Shown in pieces: positions 59,953-64,000 of a DNA stretch of 64,000 nt; the first letter of the stretch is position 1; each line of letters begins with the position of its first letter. The notes beneath the pieces were generated by a model. The model worked only from the letters and a program-made list of their open reading frames with translations. It ran no database searches and was not told the origin of the DNA. Source of the DNA: Candidatus Omnitrophota bacterium (lineage in GTDB: Bacteria > Omnitrophota > Gorgyraeia > Zapsychrales > Fredricksoniimonadaceae). The stretch spans positions 133,428 to 197,427 of the forward strand of contig JBGAJA010000003.1 in assembly GCA_044225175.1 (NCBI GenBank). Reading direction: 5' to 3'. The position numbers and the translations under genes are program-made.

Positions 59953-60225
59953 ATAACTTTCAGCATTATCTTTGCTTTATATGGATTTGTATGGTATACC
60001 TTTACCTACAGTTTTACACGATTGGCTTAAGCAGGACGTTTTCCAAAGCAAACAAAGTATAAGAATATACTTCTCCCTCCTTAAACCAACCTAAACAACA
60101 ATATTCAATATCTCTGCCTTTTTTATGTTAGACATGTAAGCTTTGGGCTAACTAGAAAGATTGCTAAGCAATCTTTGTTAAAAGTATTTTTGGCCGGGTT
60201 TACTGAAAGAAAAAAAGGATCAGAA

Positions 60226-61518
60226 ATGATAACAAAAAACAATCATCACGAACACGCTGCACCAGCACCCAATGAAGACAATGGGTTCTTCGGGTTAGGC
60301 ATTGCTCCTAAAATTCTAGCAATCTTAGAAAAAATCAAGTTCAAGGTTCCAACACCAATTCAAAAGAAAGCTATTCCAATTGCGATCGAAGGCAAGGACG
60401 TCATTGGGGTCGCTCAAACAGGAACAGGAAAGACATATTCTTTTTCTATTCCTATGATTCAACAATTAGCTCAAAAAGATGGAGTTGCTTTAGTTTTAGC
60501 TCCAACTCGTGAATTAGCTGTTCAAATCGAAGAAGCTGTTCGCATCTTGTCTCAGCCATTTGGCATGAAAACAGCCGTTTTAATTGGCGGTATGCCAATG
60601 AGACCTCAGCATGAAGCTCTTCGCCGTCGTCCTCAAATTATCATCGCAACACCTGGTCGATTCATTGATCATATGGAAAACAAAAACATCATGTTATCTA
60701 AGGTCAGCATGCTTGTTATTGATGAAGCTGATCGTATGCTGGATATGGGTTTCGCTCCTCAAGTGGATCGAATCTTCAAAAATATTCCTAAAGAACGTCA
60801 AACCATGCTTTTTTCAGCCACTATGCCTGCTGAAATCATCCGTATGATTAATGTTCATATGAAGACTCCAATCCACGTAGAAGTGGCTCCTCAAGGAACA
60901 ACCGCTGAGGGCATCACTCAAGAACTCTACATCGTGAAACATGAATCAAAAATTATACTATTAGACAAAATCTTGTCTCAGCGTCCAGGTTCGGTGCTTT
61001 TATTTGCTCGTACCAAGCATGGAGCACATAAGATTGCCAAAGCCATCAAAGAAATGGGACATCGCGTTGCTGAAATCCATTCCGATAAATCTATGTCACA
61101 GCGAAAAGAAGCATTAGATGGGTTTAAATCTGGTCGTTACCGTGTTTTAGTTGCAACAGATATTGCTTCTCGTGGAATTGACGTGAGCAAGATCGAAATG
61201 GTCATCAACTATGATCTTCCAGATGACATTGAAAACTATGTTCATCGTATCGGACGAACTGGACGTGCCGGTCATAAAGGCCATGCGATTTCTTTTGCCA
61301 TGCCGGATCAAAGCCGAGATGTGAAAAACATCGAACGTTTGATGAACAAGCAACTTCCGATCATCAAACATCCTGATGTTCCATCAGCAAGTTTTGATAG
61401 CCCCCAGAAGTTTTCGTTTAGTTCAAGACGAAGAGGTGGCAGCAGCGGTGGAGGATTCAAACCACGTCGACCATCATCTTCTTCGACACCAAGTCGTCAT
61501 AGTCGCTCAAGACGATAA
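60226..61518 (+). CDS. DEAD-box ATP-dependent RNA helicase with basic Ser/Arg-rich C-terminal tail
   Basis: AQTGTGKTYSF, DEAD, SAT, HRIGRTGRAG; tail SSRRRGGSSGGGFKPRRPSSSSTPSRHSRSRR. Confidence 0.9.
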   Translation: MITKNNHHEHAAPAPNEDNGFFGLGIAPKILAILEKIKFKVPTPIQKKAIPIAIEGKDVIGVAQTGTGKTYSFSIPMIQQLAQKDGVALVLAPTRELAVQIEEAVRILSQPFGMKTAVLIGGMPMRPQHEALRRRPQIIIATPGRFIDHMENKNIMLSKVSMLVIDEADRMLDMGFAPQVDRIFKNIPKERQTMLFSATMPAEIIRMINVHMKTPIHVEVAPQGTTAEGITQELYIVKHESKIILLDKILSQRPGSVLLFARTKHGAHKIAKAIKEMGHRVAEIHSDKSMSQRKEALDGFKSGRYRVLVATDIASRGIDVSKIEMVINYDLPDDIENYVHRIGRTGRAGHKGHAISFAMPDQSRDVKNIERLMNKQLPIIKHPDVPSASFDSPQKFSFSSRRRGGSSGGGFKPRRPSSSSTPSRHSRSRR

Positions 61519-61579
61519 GAGTTAGTATTTAAGGGGAGTCAGGTTTGTAAAAACTTGATTCCCTTTTTTATTGGGGAAT

Positions 61580-62623
61580 TTAAACGAATCGGGTTTTATC
61601 AATGGCCTTCATGTAAGCGTCTTGTTTGGAGACTTTTTCTGATTTGACTAATTCCATCAGACAATCATCCATCAAAACCATTCCTGCAGCACGATTAATC
61701 TGAATTTCATTGCTGAGTTTATTAACTTCACCTGTTTGAATAAGATTGCTAATGGCAGAGGTTTGAATCAAGATTTCATAAGCTCCCCAGCGGCGGCCGC
61801 CCTTGATGTCAGGAAGAAGCTGTTGGGCTACAATTGCACTCAAATTATTAGCTAAGACAGTGCGAATCTGATTCTTACGGTTGGCTGGAAAAGTGTCAAT
61901 GATGCGATCAATTGTTTTAGCCGCACAGTTGGTGTGAAGGGTCGCAAAAACTAAGATTCCCATCTCGCTCGCATTCAATGCCAACTCCATCGTTTCTCGA
62001 TCTCGCATTTCTCCGACCAGAATAACATTCGCATCACTTTTGATGGCGCTTCTAAGCCCATTGGCAAAACTTTTAGAGTCACGTCCAATTTCACGATGGC
62101 AAATGATAGATTTTTTGTTGCGATGCACGAATTCGAGCGGTTCTTCTAGGGTAATGATTTTAAGATTATAGTTCGTGTTAATATAATCAATCAAAGCTGC
62201 TAGGGTAGTTGATTTTCCACTTCCTGTTGGACCTGTTACGAAAACTAAGCCTTTTTTAAATTTAGCAAAGTCTTTGATTTTTTCAGGAAGGCTTAATTCT
62301 TCGAAAGATCGGATAACTGAAGGGATGAGTCGAAAGATGCATCCTAGTCCAAAGAAATGTCTAAAGTAATTAGCGCGGAATCGGGCTTGTTCGCCTAATT
62401 CGTAGGCAAAATCCAAATCTCCATGTTTTTGAAAATATTCCCATTGTTCTGGGCGGGGAAGTTCCGACATTAAAGATTGAAGTTTTTCTTTAGTCAAAAC
62501 CTCTTCGCTTATAACAGATAAATGACCATTAATACGGGCTTGAGGCTTTTTGCCTTCTTGCAAATGAAGGTCCGAACCTTTTTTTTCAATCAGAATATTA
62601 AATAAACTATCTATTTGGGCCAT
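61580..62623 (-). CDS. PilT-family twitching-motility / secretion ATPase
   Basis: Walker A GPTGSGKST, Asp box, His box; PilT-like length 347 aa. Confidence 0.8.
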   Translation of the reverse strand: MAQIDSLFNILIEKKGSDLHLQEGKKPQARINGHLSVISEEVLTKEKLQSLMSELPRPEQWEYFQKHGDLDFAYELGEQARFRANYFRHFFGLGCIFRLIPSVIRSFEELSLPEKIKDFAKFKKGLVFVTGPTGSGKSTTLAALIDYINTNYNLKIITLEEPLEFVHRNKKSIICHREIGRDSKSFANGLRSAIKSDANVILVGEMRDRETMELALNASEMGILVFATLHTNCAAKTIDRIIDTFPANRKNQIRTVLANNLSAIVAQQLLPDIKGGRRWGAYEILIQTSAISNLIQTGEVNKLSNEIQINRAAGMVLMDDCLMELVKSEKVSKQDAYMKAIDKTRFV

Positions 62624-62627
62624 GTTC

Positions 62628-63773
62628 TTACATCACTAATGTTTGTGGGTTTTTAACGCGTTCTTTTGCTTGTTCCAGCGAGATTTTTCCTTCAGTCAAT
62701 AATTGTTTGATAGCCGCATCCATAAGAACCATGCCCGCTGCTTTTCCTGTTGCCATGGTATTATTGATTTGGGCAATCCTTCCTTCACGGATAAGATTTG
62801 AAACTGGTTGATTAACAATCAAAACTTCATAGGCTGCAACTAAGCCCGTTCCATCTTTGGTTGGAATCAACTGCTGGCAAATAACCCCTCGCAGAGATTC
62901 AGAAATCATGTTTCTAATAATAGGTTGCTCATCAGCAGGGAAAGAATCAATGACTCTAGAAATGGTTTGAGCCGCGCTCAATGTATTCATGGTGCCAAAG
63001 ACCAAATGTCCCGTCTCAGCCGCTGATATGGCCAATTGAATGGTCGTTAAATCGCGTAATTCACTGACCACAATCACATCAGGATCCTCACGCATAGCAG
63101 CGCGCAGGGCATTTAATTGATGGTGCGTGTGAAGATTGACTTCTCGCTGCGTAAATTCGCAATGTTCTGGTTTATAGACAATCTCAATAGGTTCTTCAAT
63201 CGAAATGATGTGATCGTGCCTGTTTTGGTTAATCATTTCAATTAGAACGGCCAGCGTTGTTGTTTTGCCGCAACCTGCTGGCCCTGCAATCAAGACCATG
63301 CCTTGGGCCCATTTGGTAAGCCCTGCACAAGATGGGGGCATGCCGCTTTGTTCAAATGTGGGAATAGTCATGGGAACCAGGCGAATCGTTGCCTCAATCC
63401 CAAGTCTTTGTTGAACGATCGCCATACGACAGCGACCAAAACCTTCAACCGTATGAACATATTCTTTATCATTATTTAACTTAAATTCATCCATCACTTC
63501 TTTGGGAAGATCTTTGGTAAGCATGCTCTCAATGCTTTGAGGAGTGATTTTTTCTTCCCCAATTTTGACCAATTGGCCAAATTGACGAAAAATAATGGGT
63601 TCTCCAATAGTCAAATGAATGTCGCTAGCTTTTTTAGAGCGTGCGAAGGCAATGATTTCGTTGAGTGAATTAGAAGGAGTGATTTGAGTGGGAACACTAA
63701 TAGTGGAAGCCCCAAGGCCCGTCGACCCAACGTACTCAGCAGGTAAGGGAGGTATGATCTTGTCTTGATTCAT
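62628..63773 (-). CDS. second PilT/PilU-family ATPase with N-terminal extension
   Basis: Walker A GPAGCGKTT; paralog of the adjacent gene. Confidence 0.75.
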   Translation of the reverse strand: MNQDKIIPPLPAEYVGSTGLGASTISVPTQITPSNSLNEIIAFARSKKASDIHLTIGEPIIFRQFGQLVKIGEEKITPQSIESMLTKDLPKEVMDEFKLNNDKEYVHTVEGFGRCRMAIVQQRLGIEATIRLVPMTIPTFEQSGMPPSCAGLTKWAQGMVLIAGPAGCGKTTTLAVLIEMINQNRHDHIISIEEPIEIVYKPEHCEFTQREVNLHTHHQLNALRAAMREDPDVIVVSELRDLTTIQLAISAAETGHLVFGTMNTLSAAQTISRVIDSFPADEQPIIRNMISESLRGVICQQLIPTKDGTGLVAAYEVLIVNQPVSNLIREGRIAQINNTMATGKAAGMVLMDAAIKQLLTEGKISLEQAKERVKNPQTLVM

Positions 63774-64000
63774 GTAGCCAATATTAGCAGATAATTCGAG
63801 GGAACAAGAATATTAATATCAGTTTTTATGACTTATTTTGAGTGATGCATTTTATTGTGCTGGTTTAATAAAATTAGGATAAATCCTATAATGCCTGCTA
63901 TAGAAACAATAATTACGCCTTCCATTATTTTTCTCCTTTTTTGGATATCGTATATACACTTACGAATAAAAGACCTATACCAAGTATAAAAAGAACAATA

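Overview
This 64 kb window is AT-rich bacterial chromosome from an apparently host-associated Gram-negative organism; it contains lpxD, a TonB-dependent receptor, ccsBA and tandem PilT-family ATPases. No rRNA, intact tRNA or CRISPR array was found. Genes are mostly on the + strand and fall into recognisable blocks:

- **1-17.9 kb:** cytochrome c biogenesis (ResB-like + CcsA), an alkylation-repair cluster (Ada/AlkA fusion, Ogt, GIY-YIG), infA, a C-domain-less pyruvate-kinase-like gene, lpxD, and a DUF892/YciF-like stress protein.
- **18.0-25.0 kb:** a giant 2332-aa secreted protein with an embedded histidine-phosphatase (PGAM-like) domain.
- **25.9-29.2 kb:** a tandem DEAD-box helicase pair (the second DbpA-like), followed by an RRM RNA-binding protein.
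- **30.7-35.1 kb:** a four-gene module of TonB-dependent receptor, DUF4154 (YfiR-like) protein, hybrid HisKA_3 sensor kinase and a receiver-only regulator.
- **35.9-44.5 kb:** a roughly 8.5 kb integrative-element-like island. On its left is a 3' fragment of an initiator-type tRNA-Met followed by a terminator. It is delimited by 20-bp perfect direct repeats (TGGCACAAATCTGGCACATA at 36018 and 44475), with a 16/20 variant at 42433 inside the 3' end of a tyrosine integrase gene. The island carries:
  - an AlpA-like Xis and two paralogous Cro-like XRE regulators;
  - a convergent pair of conflict-system-like genes, a HEPN (Rx4H) Abi-like protein and a TIR/SLOG-like protein with a cognate XRE regulator, which is the most interesting candidate system in the window;
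  - SpoVG-like, winged-helix and NYN-nuclease genes.
- **44.7-47.4 kb:** crcB, a CPXCG zinc-finger protein and an ABC-F ATPase.
- **47.7-50.0 kb:** a membrane protein fusing an NPP/AlkP-like phosphodiesterase domain to an EEP phosphoesterase domain.
- **50.1-52.4 kb:** a stationary-phase/osmotic-stress cluster: zinc-ribbon mini-ORF, YciF-like, OsmY with three BON domains, an entericidin-like lipoprotein, two DUF1328 mini-proteins, and a BON protein. Several of these small genes are missed or mis-framed in the ORF track.
- **52.4-58.9 kb:** an overlapping-gene operon of an (alpha/alpha)6 glycoside-hydrolase-like protein, a GT4 glycosyltransferase, an acetolactate-synthase-like TPP enzyme and an aldehyde dehydrogenase.
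- **59.3-63.8 kb:** an FMN reductase gene flanked by identical palindromic hairpins, a third DEAD-box helicase, and two convergent PilT-like ATPases.

A small dispersed hairpin repeat family (GGTAGAGACG...CGTCTCTACC) occurs three times. All calls are from reading the sequence and translations by eye; no searches were run.
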